Shown here piece by piece: positions 13,313 to 32,739 of a DNA stretch of 64,000 bases (positions are counted from its first letter, which is position 1; every line of letters begins with the position of its first letter). Source of the stretch: Macrostomum lignano. Its lineage: Eukaryota. Position numbers and translations under genes: made by a program. The DNA is taken from NCBI GenBank assembly GCA_002269645.1, contig NIVC01003067.1, forward strand, positions 9,929 to 73,928. Reading direction: 5' to 3'. The notes beneath the pieces are model-generated. The model was given only the letters and a program-made list of their open reading frames with translations. It had not been told where the DNA came from and did not search any database.

Positions 13313-13997
13313 TAGAGCTGTCACGAGATCTCAACGAGACAAGATTTGAGACAAGATCTCGACATTTTTTCTCATCTTGAGAAATCTCGAATTTTGTCAA
13401 GAAATTTGAGACGAGATTCAAGAATTTTTCCGATACCTTTTTTCAAAAGCTTTTAAGTGATAAAATATAAAAAGGGGAGCAAATTTTCATATAAATACAA
13501 CTGTTTGTTGTAACACGCTTGATAGGGCAATTTTCAAATGGTAAAATCTAGCCAATGTCGAGCAGTTATTTAACGAACGTCGTTATATACGAGTTTGCAT
13601 TGCATATGTGCTCTTTTAGTTATCATTTCAGTTCTGCAGCAAGGTGTATCATAGCAGACTTGAAGATAATCTACACAGGTCTTTTGACAAATTAGTAATA
13701 GACATAGTAGGGCCAAGGGCCTATATGCTACAAGCATAAATTCTTATGAATAAATAGCAAAGAATTAAAACTAGAATTAAGAAAGTATTCTGGAAAATCT
13801 AAAAAATATTTTTTTAGAATTGTATCTTATCAAGAAATTTAAGACAAGATAAGGCAAGATAAAAGCAAGACAAGATGCAATTCTGAAATATATTTTTTAG
13901 ATTTACTTTGTCTTGTCTCGTCTCGAAATTCTCGACTTATAAGCCTTTCTCGTCTTGAATCTTGTCTCGAATAAAATCTCTAATTTTGACAGCTCTA
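13313..13997. mobile_element. hAT-type MITE, 685 bp
   Basis: Perfect 11-bp TIR tagagctgtca...tgacagctcta; perfect 8-bp TSD aatcgtag (13305-13312 and 13998-14005); subterminal gagac/gtctc motifs. Confidence 0.92.
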
Positions 13998-14751
13998 AAT
14001 CGTAGCCAACTCCACCTTATTATTAAAACTCATTCACCATGGCACTATTGCCAGCAAAAAAATCAAAAACAAAATTCATGCATAAGAAAACTATTATTTT
14101 TGTTTAATTTTTCTAACTGATATGCATTGTGTATAGTTAGTAAATAAAAACAATTGTTGTTTTACTTAGCACTTTCTAGAAAATTAGAATATATTTATAT
14201 TTATGTTTGTGTTCATTCCTATCAAATCTTATCATATAGCAGTAGTACCATTTTTCAATCCCTGTCGTACTGTTGTACAACAAGCCAAAATTTTAATTTA
14301 TATTCTATCATACATGGACATCCTTCTGCACTATGGATTAAATGGGTGTAAGACCAAGATGGCCACACACCAAGATGGCCACAGCTGGGGTGGGGGTCAC
14401 GGAAAATGACAGCTGGTTTACTATTGGATAGCTTCGGGTGGGGAGATGTGGGGTTGCAATGGGGGGGGTTTAGACAGGCAGTCAAAATTTTATTAGTTTA
14501 TTGCAGGGCTAAAGACAAAAATGGTTACGAGTCTTAATTTCCTACTTATAGTAGGCCCCTAAGAGGTGTAAACATATTTCGTATTAAACAAATCTCTTCT
14601 TCATATAAAATCTGGTGTAGCTTTTTCCAGTTTCTCTTATTGGTCGAGACTAATTTACTTGTTTAAAGGGATAAAAACTGGGTAAATTTCATGCCCTGTT
14701 CAAAATTCATCTGTCTCATTCACTGAAGCAGTCTAAGCACTTAGATACAAA

Positions 14752-16097
14752 ATGGCAGGCGCATATCCATGTGTAGTCTGTCTGCAGCCAGTTTGCGATG
14801 GACAAGAAGCAATTGAGTGTTCTCAATGCTTGAATTGGCAGCACCGTGCATGTGATAGTCGCGTCACAATCGATCAGTATTCTGCAATGAGAAATGTCGG
14901 TGAGTTTTTCTGGCTTTGCAATCAATGCAATAGACGGGCTCCTGCAGGTAACTTAGCAGTGTCTCAAGCTGCAGATGCTGCAGTGGTACATGTACAAGCC
15001 CCGAATTCTGGACCAGCGGCTGTTCCTCTGCCTGCTGAAAATCCAGAACCAGTGCATTTGATTCCAGCACAAGCAGAAAATTTTCTTTACCAGTATCCAG
15101 ATTTCAATGACCCTGATCCAGCTCTGGAAGAATCCATTCAAATTCCTCCAGCAGAGCTTGCACCGCCCCGCAGCCCACCTCCCCAGCCCTTTGAAATTCT
15201 TACAGGTGCAGGATGCAGTCACGGAAAAGACCTTCTAGTGCAGTATGCCCAACGAGACCTTGGCCATCTGATGGATGAAAAAACGCGGCGAAATGGCAAC
15301 ACATACTATCGCTGCACTAAGCGTTTATCACTGCACTGTCATGGCTCCGCAGTCCGCCGTGCTGATGGAACCATAGAAGCCCTTGCTCCGCACACGTGCG
15401 ATCCAGTTGATCGGCCAGCTCAGAAGAGAAAGGCAGCAAAGGAGGTAAAGGAGGGAGCAAAGCGCATGTTGTTTACCTCTGCTAGAATTATCGCGGAGGA
15501 GAAGGTAAGAGAATTTTCACCTGAAGTGCAGGAGGTGCTTAGTATTGAGTCATTGAGTCGCAATGCTAATTACAGTCGCAAAAAAGATCGCCCTATGGAA
15601 CCTGTTGACGTACATTTCCAAGTTGATCCTAGACATGTACCTGCCCAGTTTCATTTGCAGGATGTGACAGTTCCTGAGACAAACGGGCGACACTTCGTCT
15701 TCATGACGACAACTCAGCGAGAACTATTATCAACCCGACGAATCTTGAAGTGCGACGGAACTTTTAGCATTGTCAAGGCACCTTTCAAACAGCTTTACAG
15801 TGTACACGGCGCGATTCGCTTTGATGGGCAGGAAAGGCTGGTACCACTTGCCTTCTTTTTGATGTCCGGTAAGGCTCAAGCTGATTATCAAGCCTGCTTT
15901 CGTTGCCTTTGGGAGTCAACAGGTAATGCGCCAATCAAGTTCACCTGTGACTTTGAAGCTGCTGCTTGGCAAGCAATTCGGCTGGTATATCCAGGTGCGC
16001 AAGTTCGCGGCTGCTTCTTCCATTATTGTCAAGCTGTCTTCAGGCGTGTCCAAAATCTTGGCCTTCAGGTGCAGTATTCCACTGTTCCAGCAGTTCC
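14752..16097 (+). pseudogene. MULE transposase with N-terminal PHD finger and FLYWCH-like zinc finger, C-terminally truncated
   Basis: ATG in caaaATGG context; C4HC3 PHD (CVVC...CSQCLNWQHRAC...CNQC); YYRC...C...HTC; MULE core KCDGTF, LYSVHG, PLAFFLM, TCDFE, GCFFHYCQA. The downstream RTNNxxEGW-type region carrying the third catalytic residue is not found. Confidence 0.9.
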
Positions 16098-16998
16098 AGA
16101 TCATAACGAGTTAAAAAAGCCAAAAAATCCGCACTTACTTATTTGTACTGCACCCATTGCTATAATTTGCTTGAACTTTGTCATCTATCCATGCCACCCG
16201 TACCTTATTGCCATTTCAGATCATAACGAGTTAAAAAAGCCAAAAAATCCGCACTTACTTATTTGTACTGCACCCATTGCTATAATTTGCTTGAACTTTG
16301 TCATCTATCCATGCCACCCGTACCTTATTGCCATTTCAGATCATAACGAGTTAAAAAAGCCAAAAAATCCGCACTTACTTATTTGTACTGCACCCATTGC
16401 TATAATTTGCTTGAACTTTGTCATCTATCCATGCCACCCGTACCTTATTGCCATTTCAGATCATAACGAGTTAAAAAAGCCAAAAAATCCGCACTTACTT
16501 ATTTGTACTGCACCCATTGCTATAATTTGCTTGAACTTTGTCATCTATCCATGCCACCCGTACCTTATTGCCATTTCAGATCATAACGAGTTAAAAAAGC
16601 CAAAAAATCCGCACTTACTTATTTGTACTGCACCCATTGCTATAATTTGCTTGAACTTTGTCATCTATCCATGCCACCCGTACCTTATTGCCATTTCAGA
16701 TCATAACGAGTTAAAAAAGCCAAAAAAATCCGCACTTACTTATTTGTACTGCACCCATTGCTATAATTTGCTTGAACTTTGTCATCTATCCATGCCACCC
16801 GTACCTTATTGCCATTTCAGATCAAAACGAGTTAAAAAAGCCAAAAAAATCCGCACTTACTTATTTGTACTGCACCCATTGCTATAATTTGCTTGAACTT
16901 TGTCATCTATCCATGCCACCCGTACCTTATTGCCATTTCAGATCATAACGAGTTAAAAAAGCCAAAAAAATCCGCACTTACTTATTTGTACTGCACCC
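16097..16998 (+). repeat. 120-bp tandem repeat, about 7.5 near-identical copies
   Basis: Unit starts gatcataacgagttaaaaaagcc at 16099, 16219, 16339, 16459, 16579, 16699, 16820 and 16941. Confidence 0.97.
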
Positions 16999-18029
16999 AA
17001 TATAGCCCTGGAGCATATTTAAGAATCACCGTGCACATTTCTTGCCAGATATTACACTTTGTTTTACGCTCAAATTTGGGATGGGGGGGTTCATTTCGTC
17101 GCACTTACAGAGCAAACAGCCTTTACTTGGGCTAGTCACTGCATGTATGTGTGACTCAGTGCACTTCTGCCTCCGTAATTCATCATCATCCCATCATCCC
17201 CATCATTATGCATGATATTATATGAGCTACGTATACGAGCTATTAAAATGCAGATATGAGATACCTTTTGCACCCAAGTTCGCAGAACAGCTAGGCCTGA
17301 TGAAAGATTTCATAGAAAAACAATTTTTTCATTGCTACAAACTGTTGTCAATACCTTGGTATCTAGAAATAATATGAAATATCGTGAATGGGTGGCAACT
17401 GATACAGTGTTTTTATTTTTGATTTCCACTTCTATTGAGTTCACATATGAGCCGTATTATTTTGTTTAAATTGAATACAAAAGGTAGGCGGGGTTGCTTT
17501 CAATTCAAGCTTGAATGAGCAAAGACTTAATTTATGGTCACGGATCGTTACACTCAAGCCAACCCTAGAGCAACTTTTTTTCAATTGTGGCCTGTACTGA
17601 TACAATATGATTAGAAGTCATAAATAGTCTAAATAACTGACTGGCTTGCGTGGAGATAAAAATCTATCTATATAAAACAGCTCACCTCAAATCAGCCATA
17701 TCGTTATTTTTCGTTGCAATCTTTTTTCAGTTTTAACATTTTTAGCCAACTGCTATGGTTGGTAACCATGATAAAAATTTGGCTTGTAAATAAATAACTC
17801 AATATAGTGACTTTGCATGCAGCACTTAGCATGAAGCCTCAGATTTATTTATGTAAATATCATTTGTACTCTTTATGCACTGCGGCAAATTTGCACAGAT
17901 ATGAGATGCATGTATTTTTCAGCAAGTACTGATACCCAAGAGACGCAAGGCTTCAATCAAAGTCTGACAATTCTGAAATCTCGTCAAATTAAGCCAAACC
18001 TCTAAATACATGTACAGACACAAGTCTGA

Positions 18030-18560
18030 TACAAACAGAAGAGAGAAGAGATCAGATAGGAGAGATGAAAGAGGAGAAAGGAGAGATGAGAAAGCAGAGA
18101 CGAGAAATGAGACAGTAGAGCTAGAACAGAGGAGAGAGGAGAGGGAAGAGATTATAGAGACGAGTGGAGAGAGAAGAGAAATATGTGAGAGCAGACATGA
18201 GAGACAATGGAGAGAAGTGGAGTGAAGGAGAAAGGAGAATAAAGGGGGAGAATCGAGAGGACAGGAAGAGAGGGGAAGGGAGAGAAGAGAGATGAGAGGA
18301 AATAGAAGAATGGAGAAGGGAGAGAGTAGAAAGGAGAAGAGAGATGGGAGAGCAGGAGAGATGAGAGGGAGGAGAGAGTAGAGAGGGGAGGTGAAAGAGT
18401 AAAGGGGAGAAAGTTGAGAGAAGAGTTGGGAGAGTTGGGAAAAAAGAGGAGAGATGTTAAAGGAGAGTACAGATGAGAGATGAGAGAGAGGAGATAAGAC
18501 AGGAAATAAATAATAGGAGAGAGGGTCGAGATGATAGAGGAGAGAGAATTGAGAATTTCG
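18030..18560 (+). repeat. Purine-rich low-complexity tract
   Basis: GA-rich stretch inside the MULE. Confidence 0.85.
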
Positions 18561-18959
18561 CACTGACCTACGAGGTGCGAACAAACACGAGAAATCAAAC
18601 TGAAATGTGCTAATTTTAACAGTCCCAGACTTCCATTGTTCCTACAAAATTTTAAACAGCGGGGCAGGACCTCCTGCGGGGCAGACCCATGGAAATTTTT
18701 CCGGTTTCCAAGATAATAATTGACTTATAGGGAATAAACACATACCGTACGAGCTCAAATTTGAGCTCAAAGTTCGAGCTCAAATCCTAGATATTTAAAC
18801 ATCGCCACATGAGCACGGAGTCACAACATAGTTTGAATATGATGGAAAGCGCACGTAAATAAGCGAAAAGCGGTATCCAACGGGGCAACACGAGCAATCT
18901 TTCAATACGCTAATTGGGAGGGGATTAAGCAATCACGGGCTGACTACCATTCTGCCACT

Positions 18960-19260
18960 CAGCGGGGGTCGAACGGGAGAGTAACTCCTAATAAATAAAT
19001 TTTCTCAGTCCTATAATCTTTAATGACATGACACGGCCTTCACACATGGGGCTCCAAGGCCTCCACGCTCCTTCCAGTGATTTTTTTAGAATAGTCTTTG
19101 GCTCTTAGCAAAGACAGCGCACTGCCCCCATCCACCAGAAGGTGGGTGGGCACATTCTTGATAGGATACTCTACAACAATATCTCTCCCGCGTTGCCTTC
19201 TAGCTGGCCTCAGCTGGTACAAGTCGGGCACTTTTTCAAACATAGGCTTCTTTCCTATGT
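18960..19260 (-). pseudogene. Retropepsin-like aspartic protease fragment (LTR retrotransposon relic)
   Basis: Minus-strand translation IKNVPTHLLVDGGSALSLL matches the hydrophobic-D-[ST/G]-G-[SA] active-site pattern, followed by a stop. Confidence 0.55.
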
Positions 19261-19900
19261 TTGCTATCTATCTTTTCTATCTTTCCTTCTTTCCTAAGGG
19301 GAGAGAGTGGAGACCAGAGATAAATGAGAAGAGAGAGCAAAGATGAAAGAGAAGAAAGGTGAGGGAAGATCGACGAGAGAAGATGGGAGAGAGGAGATAG
19401 GAAAGAAGAGAAGAGAAGAGAGAGAGAGAGAAGAGAGAGAGAGGAAACAAAAGAGAAGATAGAGTTTCAAAGGATCCGAGGGACATAGAGAGAGACAGGA
19501 GGCCAGAGATTTTGCCGATACATGTTTTCAAAAGACAAGCTTTTGTTTGAATATGACTTCAGATTTTAGAACTAGATATAAGCTGAGCTGAGAGAGAAGA
19601 TGAAAGTAGAGGCTGAGAGTAGAGAGAGGCTGAGAGCAGAGAGGGGCTGAGAGCAGAGAGGGGCTCAGAGCAGAGAGGGGCTGAGAGTAGAGAGGGGCTG
19701 GGGATAGAGGTTGAGAGTGGATAGAGGCTGAGAGTAGAGAGAGGCTGAGAGTGGAGAGGCTGAGAATAGAGAGGTTGAGAGTAAATAGAGGCTGAGAGTA
19801 GAGAGGTTCAGAGTAGAGAGGCTAGTTCACGTTGTTCTCAATCCCATTCCACTATACATGTAGTTTTTATCTAATGTGACTAAGCCAGGTGCTTTTAGTG

Positions 19901-20720
19901 CAGGGGTTGGCAAACTTTTTACCTCGATTGAGAACCCAGCTCATGACTGCCCTTCTAGTCCGCTTCGTTGGCCCCCAAAGCGAAGCGAGGAGTCCTGATG
20001 ACAGAGCGGGCCAGAGGTGAGGAGAGAGGTAAGGAATAGAGAAGAGAAATACAAGCATAGGATAAACGAGAGGCGAAGGAATAAAGGAGAAGAGAGTTGA
20101 TGAGAGGAGAGATTATATACGAGCGGAGAGAGAGGAGAAGGGAGATTAATGGAGAGGAGAAAGGAGGGAAGGGAGAAGAAAATGAAGAGGAAAAGGGAGA
20201 TGAATGATGATAGCAAAGAGGTGAGAAGAGAGGAGAGGATAGACATGAGGAGAAAGGAGAGGAGAGAGGTGAGGGCAGAGATGAGAGAGGAGAGGGCAGA
20301 GATGAGAGAGAGAAAAGATGAGAGGAGAGGGCAGACATGAGAGAGAAAAGATGAGAGAAGAGGGCAGACATGAGAGAGAGAATAGATTAGAGAGAGGGCA
20401 AGAGATGAGAGGAGAGGGCAGAGATGAGAGGAGAGGGCAGAGATGAGAGAGAGAAAGATGATACAGGAGAGGGCAGAGATGAGAGAAAGAAAGATGATAC
20501 AGGAGAGGGCAGAGATGAGAGAGAAAAGAGAGAAGAGGGCAGACATGAGAGAGAATAGATAAGAGAGAAGAGGGCAAGAGATGAGAGAGGAGAGGGCAGA
20601 GATGAGAGAGAGAAAAGATTAGAGACGAGAGGGCAGAAATGACAGAGAAAAGAAAAGAGACGAGAGTGCAGAGATGAGAGAAAAGATGAGAGACAAGAGG
20701 CACTCCAATTTTTGCTTACT
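19901..20720 (+). mobile_element. hAT-Charlie-like MITE with internal purine tract (copy B)
   Basis: Begins caggggttggcaaactttttacctc, then gagaacccagctcatgactgc and gggccagaggtgagg, followed by about 700 bp of GA-rich sequence; the 3' end is degenerate. Confidence 0.6.
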
Positions 20721-21177
20721 TCTATCATAACTAATACCTTTACCCTCTACCTTTAACTTTTAACATATACAAACAACACGTCAGTTTTAGTATATTGAGA
20801 TACGTTTGAAACTATTATCCATGATACAAAAATCAAATGTCTTGTGCTAGTAGTGCTACTAGCTTTAGTAGGTAGTAATACCTGCTATAAAGGGAAGTGT
20901 TTTTTGTTTTACTTAGTCTAATTTCACTAACGAAATCTGTCTTCTCCGAGACTTAAAGCTACGTCATACCCCACCCCAATCACAGCCAATAGGAAATGAG
21001 GAAATATATAGACCTATTCCTATCCAAGCAGCCATTCAAAGCTGTGGCCATCTTGGTGTGTGGCCATCTTGGTCATGTGCCATTAAATGCTTGCTAAGCC
21101 AAAATGCATGCTAGATTCTGGCATGAATAATGTCTTTTGGAATATATAGAATTGGAGTAGATCTAGCTTATCTAATT

Positions 21178-21781
21178 GGTTCCAGGTCATTTTGTAAAAT
21201 ACCATTTCATCAAAAGCTTTTTTGTCAAACAGTAAATTGGTCATTTCGTCAAACAGTAGATAAAATAGAGCCCACTGTAATTAATTTTTAAATAATTTAA
21301 TTAGTTTTTTTAAATAAATAATTTAATGTCAAGATAAATCTATATCAAAAGGACATCACTACCTTTTGTTTAAGTGAAGGGTTTCTAAGAATGAAACATA
21401 AAAAAGGATAACCCTAATCTTAACTTTTAATTTTTCCCTTTACATCTTGATTCTTAGCTTTGTGAAATTATGCTCTTATTATATTATTTCATTCATATTA
21501 GTACCAAGAATGGTACAACTGCATGGTTTTTATATTTTATTATGCAATTATGAGTAATCTGACTAGCTAACTACTACGATTTGTGCCTTTTCTTAGAAAC
21601 ATTATTTTAAACAAGCAGTATACTTCTTTTTTAATGCTGACCTATTGAGTATACATGCGACTAATCTAGAGTAACTTCAATTTACATTTGAAACTAGGCA
21701 CACACTTTGACGAACTAACCAAGTGACTATTTGACAAAAAGGCTTTTGACAAAAAGGTTTTTGATGAAATGACCAATCACC
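21178..21781. mobile_element. Foldback/MULE-like MITE, about 604 bp
   Basis: Inverted modular termini (ggtcatttcgtcaaa vs tttgatgaaatgacc); GG...CC ends; flanks atctaatt and atctaatc (7/8 TSD match). Confidence 0.65.
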
Positions 21782-23406
21782 ATCTAATCCTAATTAACTA
21801 TAATATAGGCCTAGTCTTAATGACAATAATGATTTTAGATAATGGTAGAAAATGTGCAAAATATAGTAAGAAATTCTACAAAAAAATCAATATAAAAAAT
21901 ATAGAAGGTTATAGAAGTGAGGAAAAGTAATACAAAACTCTTATTATTCTATTACCCTGAAAAAATTCCATTAGGCCTGCTAACACTAATACTAGGCCTA
22001 CAGATCAATGGGCCATTTATTAATAATAATAGAATGCCCAACACTGTGCTGTGTGCATTCTAGATACATTATCTCCATTGAGGCAATAATAGGCCTATTG
22101 TCATAGGCTACTTATAAATTTTAATTGATACTTGTAGTAATGAAAACGATTATCCTAATTATATGCTTCCATGCTAGCATTGAGATAGGTGTAGTGTTCA
22201 GTCGTTTTTATAGGTGATATGTATGGTGACATTCTAAAAAAATCTTTATTTTAAAAATCAATAATATGAATATGAATATGAGCAATATGAAACTATTATG
22301 TGACAATGTCATTTCGTCCGCGTTTCAGCACTGTACACAAAAACTGGGCAGGTAAGGCAAGCTTGCAGGCATTGCATGTGCCACGTAAAAAAAAGATGTT
22401 GTTGTTGACCAGCCGTCGCGGCCGCGTGGGTAACAAATTCGAAAATTGGAATTTAGTTTAGAATCTTTCTACGAAATGAAGCGGCTTAACGATGTGTGTT
22501 TATTTCATTCTTGAAAATTATCTGCAAAGTGTTTTTTTGAACCCAAAAGTACTTAAAGTTTTTATATTTTTACGTAAAATTGAGCTAAAAATGAAACTAT
22601 TTTTATCTATGGAAAACAAACTAACATTTCAACTGGTGCAACATTGAATATTTTAAATTTCTGATGCCGGACTGGCGGACTCTGTCTGGGATTGAGACTA
22701 GTCTTTTACCTATGCTTGGCTTTTATATTCGTTTATAAGTTAAAAACGAAGCCCACAAGAAGTAAGCAACCTTTTTCTCTATTGATAAGGGGTCCATTTT
22801 TTCCTAGATTAATGATGTGCTTCTTTCTCTGTGCGACGGTACGAGTACAGCTTCAGCTTTATATTAATGCGTTTGCATCCACTCAAATACTTCTAATGTT
22901 TAAAAAGCTTTTATGAGTGTTATTCCTTTTCTGAATTTAAAGTAGGTTTCCTTGATTGAGGGCTAGGAATGATCCGTTCTCTGTATACTCGTATCGTATG
23001 TCATTTAAGGATGAGTGGATGACTTAACGGACCTGAAACTTCGTTTCTTAAAAAAACATTTTGATGGTTGAATTTTGCGCAAAAAATACGCAGCGGCAAC
23101 AGGAACTTACGTTAGTAAGTTTGCAATAACTGTTTATTTTCGGCGCTAAAATAGAAATAGTTTTATCTTGGAGGCAGATCGAATGTTCAAGCATAACACT
23201 CCTGTTTGATTGCTCCATTGATTTTGTAACGAATGATGCTTAAAAAGCGACGTTTCCTGTCCTTCTGCTTAGTCTTAGGTCGTCCTTGATACCATCAATG
23301 TTAATTTTTATTATAGCTTTTCAAAATTTTTCATTTCTTCAAAGGTTGAGCTGAGCTGTTAAGCTTGTTTTACAATTTTGTTAGAGCTGTTGAGTAGTAG
23401 TTTTAC

Positions 23407-23578
23407 CAGGAGATGATCCAGGGGGTGGTCAAGGGGGCCATGCCCCCTCAGCCGTCGCCAAAAAATTGGGCCATACTTTTTGGCTGGTAACTATCCAAGG
23501 CATTTTTTTTTATTTTGGGTAGTAATTGCGTGGTTTAGATTACCCCCACCCTTCAAAAATTTTCCGGATCCGCCCCTG
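23407..23578. mobile_element. hAT-type MITE, 172 bp
   Basis: Imperfect TIR caggagatgatcc / ggatccgcccctg; perfect 8-bp TSD agttttac (23399-23406 and 23579-23586). Confidence 0.85.
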
Positions 23579-24633
23579 AGTTTTACTTCACTTGCCCTGT
23601 TCTAATTTTTAATGATTTGATTTGAATTCATTTGATTAATCTTTATATTTGTAGGTCCCTATATTAAAACTAACAGTGAGTGTGAAACAGAAATGTTGAA
23701 TTTGATTTTTTGCTTAGTAGTTCATCTTGTAAAATATTTTGTTTAGCAAAATTCAATCTAGTACACCTATATGACATTCTTCAGCAAAAATATGCAAAGT
23801 GAGCGCAAGTCAAGTGAACACTTTGTCAACCATCAAACTTTGGAAGAGCCAAGCAAGCGCAGGTTTGTGTTGCTCACATCGAGTCAAATTCACAGCTCCC
23901 TCTTGGTTGCAAAATTATGCTGCTCACGGAAAAGCACTAGCTTGTTCATCTCGCATGGTGTGCTATATGTTAAATGTTTTCTTTTTGGTGATTGGGAAGT
24001 ATGCTAGTATTTACTGTCTCGATCAATGCTACTTTACTGAACGTCTTTTGCACTTCACTGCATGTATAGAGACGCTGCTCATGGACAATATTAGACCTAT
24101 AATATAGCACAATTACTATTATTGTCAAAGCTACACTTAGCTCAAATCAAAGGTTTGACCGAAAGGACGACTAAATTGAATGTAGAATGTGATTGGTCAG
24201 CATTTTGATGTTCACTAAAGAACCATAAAATTGTAGCAGTTTGAATTACGGGGATACTGCATGTTCAAATATCCAGTATTATCTGATTGAAGTAGTATAA
24301 CTGGGGATGTGAAACCATGTTTGCTTCTTTATTTTGTTTAGCTACTTTAAATTTCATCGCGCAAAAAAATATCGCTGTTAGATACGAGCTGGGCGTGTAT
24401 CCTACGCTGGTTGGATTTTTCCTTCCCATGCATGGCTTTGCTCGCATATAGGCTATTAATTAATCCAATTGACTCGGCAAATACACCTGAGACTCCCTAT
24501 CACCTGATTATTGAATTCAGGTCTTCCTGCCGGCATTTGGATGGATGCATAGAAGGAATATATCCAATTCTAATGTGACAATAGAGCTCAGATTCAGAAT
24601 AGCCAACCCAATTGCTAGGGGTGTTGCTATGGT

Positions 24634-24767
<134 letters not shown>

Positions 24768-25485
24768 CTCCCCAGCTGCTCTTATGTTTCAGCCATTTCA
24801 TCCCTTCTCCTCCCTCCGCTCTGTGAGCAAAACGGTTGTGCAGCAGGCTTGCTACATTCCAAGTCTTTCCCAATCGTTAGTTCTCGTCTCCGCACCGATT
24901 CCCCATCAACTGTTCCTTTCCATCGCCCATCCCAAAACCCCTTTGGGTAAACGCTTCTTTTATAAACTATAACGACATTGCGGAGCCGAGAGCGCTACTC
25001 CAAAACAATCGACAAGCGGAACTCGCATGCCTTTCATGCTTTGGTATTTTTTCGCTAGTCTACGAGGAAGACTAAGACAGAATGTAACGGTCCTCCGGCT
25101 CAATAGCTCGTAGTAACTATATAATATAGTTTCTATTAAGTATACTAAATGACATTCTACTATCAGGCACCTCAAGCTGTCGACCTCGGCGGTGAGAATT
25201 TTTACACACAATGCGCATAAAGGGTTTTAAACTTTGTACACTTCATATTAGTTCAAATTATGCTGCATACTTATTTATTTAGGGTGCACCGCAAGACTTT
25301 ATGGGCCATGTTCTTTTTATTAGCTACGAACAAATATAACGGCTGAGGCAACTGTTGTACTTTAATAGCACATTAGTATTGAATGCTTAGCCAAATATGG
25401 TGATAGCAGCCACAATTTGTACTTGAGTAGTTAAGAAACCCGAAGATCTCTTAAACTCAATTGCACTAAATTCAATCTCCCACAG

Positions 25486-31705
<6,220 letters not shown>

Positions 31706-32450
31706 GAATGTGGGAGCTACATCCTAAAATCCGAAACAGACATACATTATTTACATTTACAGTCATACGATATTTAGCTTTTTGCAATCCTTTGTGCAAT
31801 AGAAGCGATCTATTTTTGCGGCTCTATAAAAAAGCATATTGATTTTATGGTTATTTAGCTAAACAAAATATTTGAGGCAGCCAAAATTTTTCTGATTATT
31901 TTGCTGTCACAAATCTTTACAAATGTAAGTGTAAATATATTTGCTTTTATGCTATAATTCGTCCTTTTCGTCATAATATACGGGTATTTAATGTACTGAA
32001 TATATCTGATATTGATCACTAATTGCAATACGAGGACTGCACTGTAGTAACAATACTGTAGTTAACTATATGTAGTATATACATAATTTTACTGGCTGTT
32101 GTCCTTGGTGCAATATTATAAATTTGAAAGAAAGATTAAATATTTTGATTTTAAATGTTATCTTGATATCTATATTTTTACGACTATTTACGGAAGTTTA
32201 GTTGGTTTTTTAATAATGCTTTGTTATAATATTTTAGTCTCAGTAGGTGTACTTACTTATCAGTCTTTTCTTTTATTTATTCGTTTGTTTATTATATTTA
32301 GTCGGATGAACATATTTTAGCTGCATTCACGTACCTACCCAACTAGTTTTTATACATCTACTTTATATGTGCATCGTTACGAAGTTTAGTTTCTTGCATT
32401 AGCTAATCTGTTTGTTATAATAAATGTTGTACACCGGTACATTTACTATC

Positions 32451-32637
32451 TGTTGTGTATGAGTGTGCATATGCATGTGTGTGACACTGAAGCTTGGGCT
32501 ATACTCGTATGAATATTACTGTCTATGGTATAAATACACGTGACGGCCTAGAGAGACGGCCATGCCCTCTGAGCTTTAGTTTCATCAGACCGCGCGCTAT
32601 AGAAGATATAACCCTCTCGGCTTCGCGATATATAACA
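32451..32637 (+). repeat. 5' LTR
   Basis: tgttgtgtat...tataaca; contains a TATAAA motif. Confidence 0.97.
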
Positions 32638-32739
32638 TGGCGTCGCAAGCAGCCAGAGAAGAAGCCCACGAATAAGAAGTCAAGGCTAAGCAAGAGCAAG
32701 ATTGCAGAGCTGCAATTGTTCTGGGGCGTTCCTGTAGAA

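Larger units (their letters stand above)
14345..21081 (+). mobile_element. Mutator-like (MULE) DNA transposon, 6.7 kb, non-autonomous derivative with nested insertions
   Basis: Inverted termini GG-N9-aagatggccacacaccaagatggccacagc at both ends; identical 8-bp flanking duplication attaaatg (14337-14344 and 21082-21089); contains a MULE transposase ORF. Confidence 0.85.

Noticed and set aside
32494-32739. ORF track starts gag-pol inside the LTR at a TTG
   Set aside because: Fortuitous open frame across the LTR and PBS; the first ATG (32740, MPPKPK) is the plausible start.
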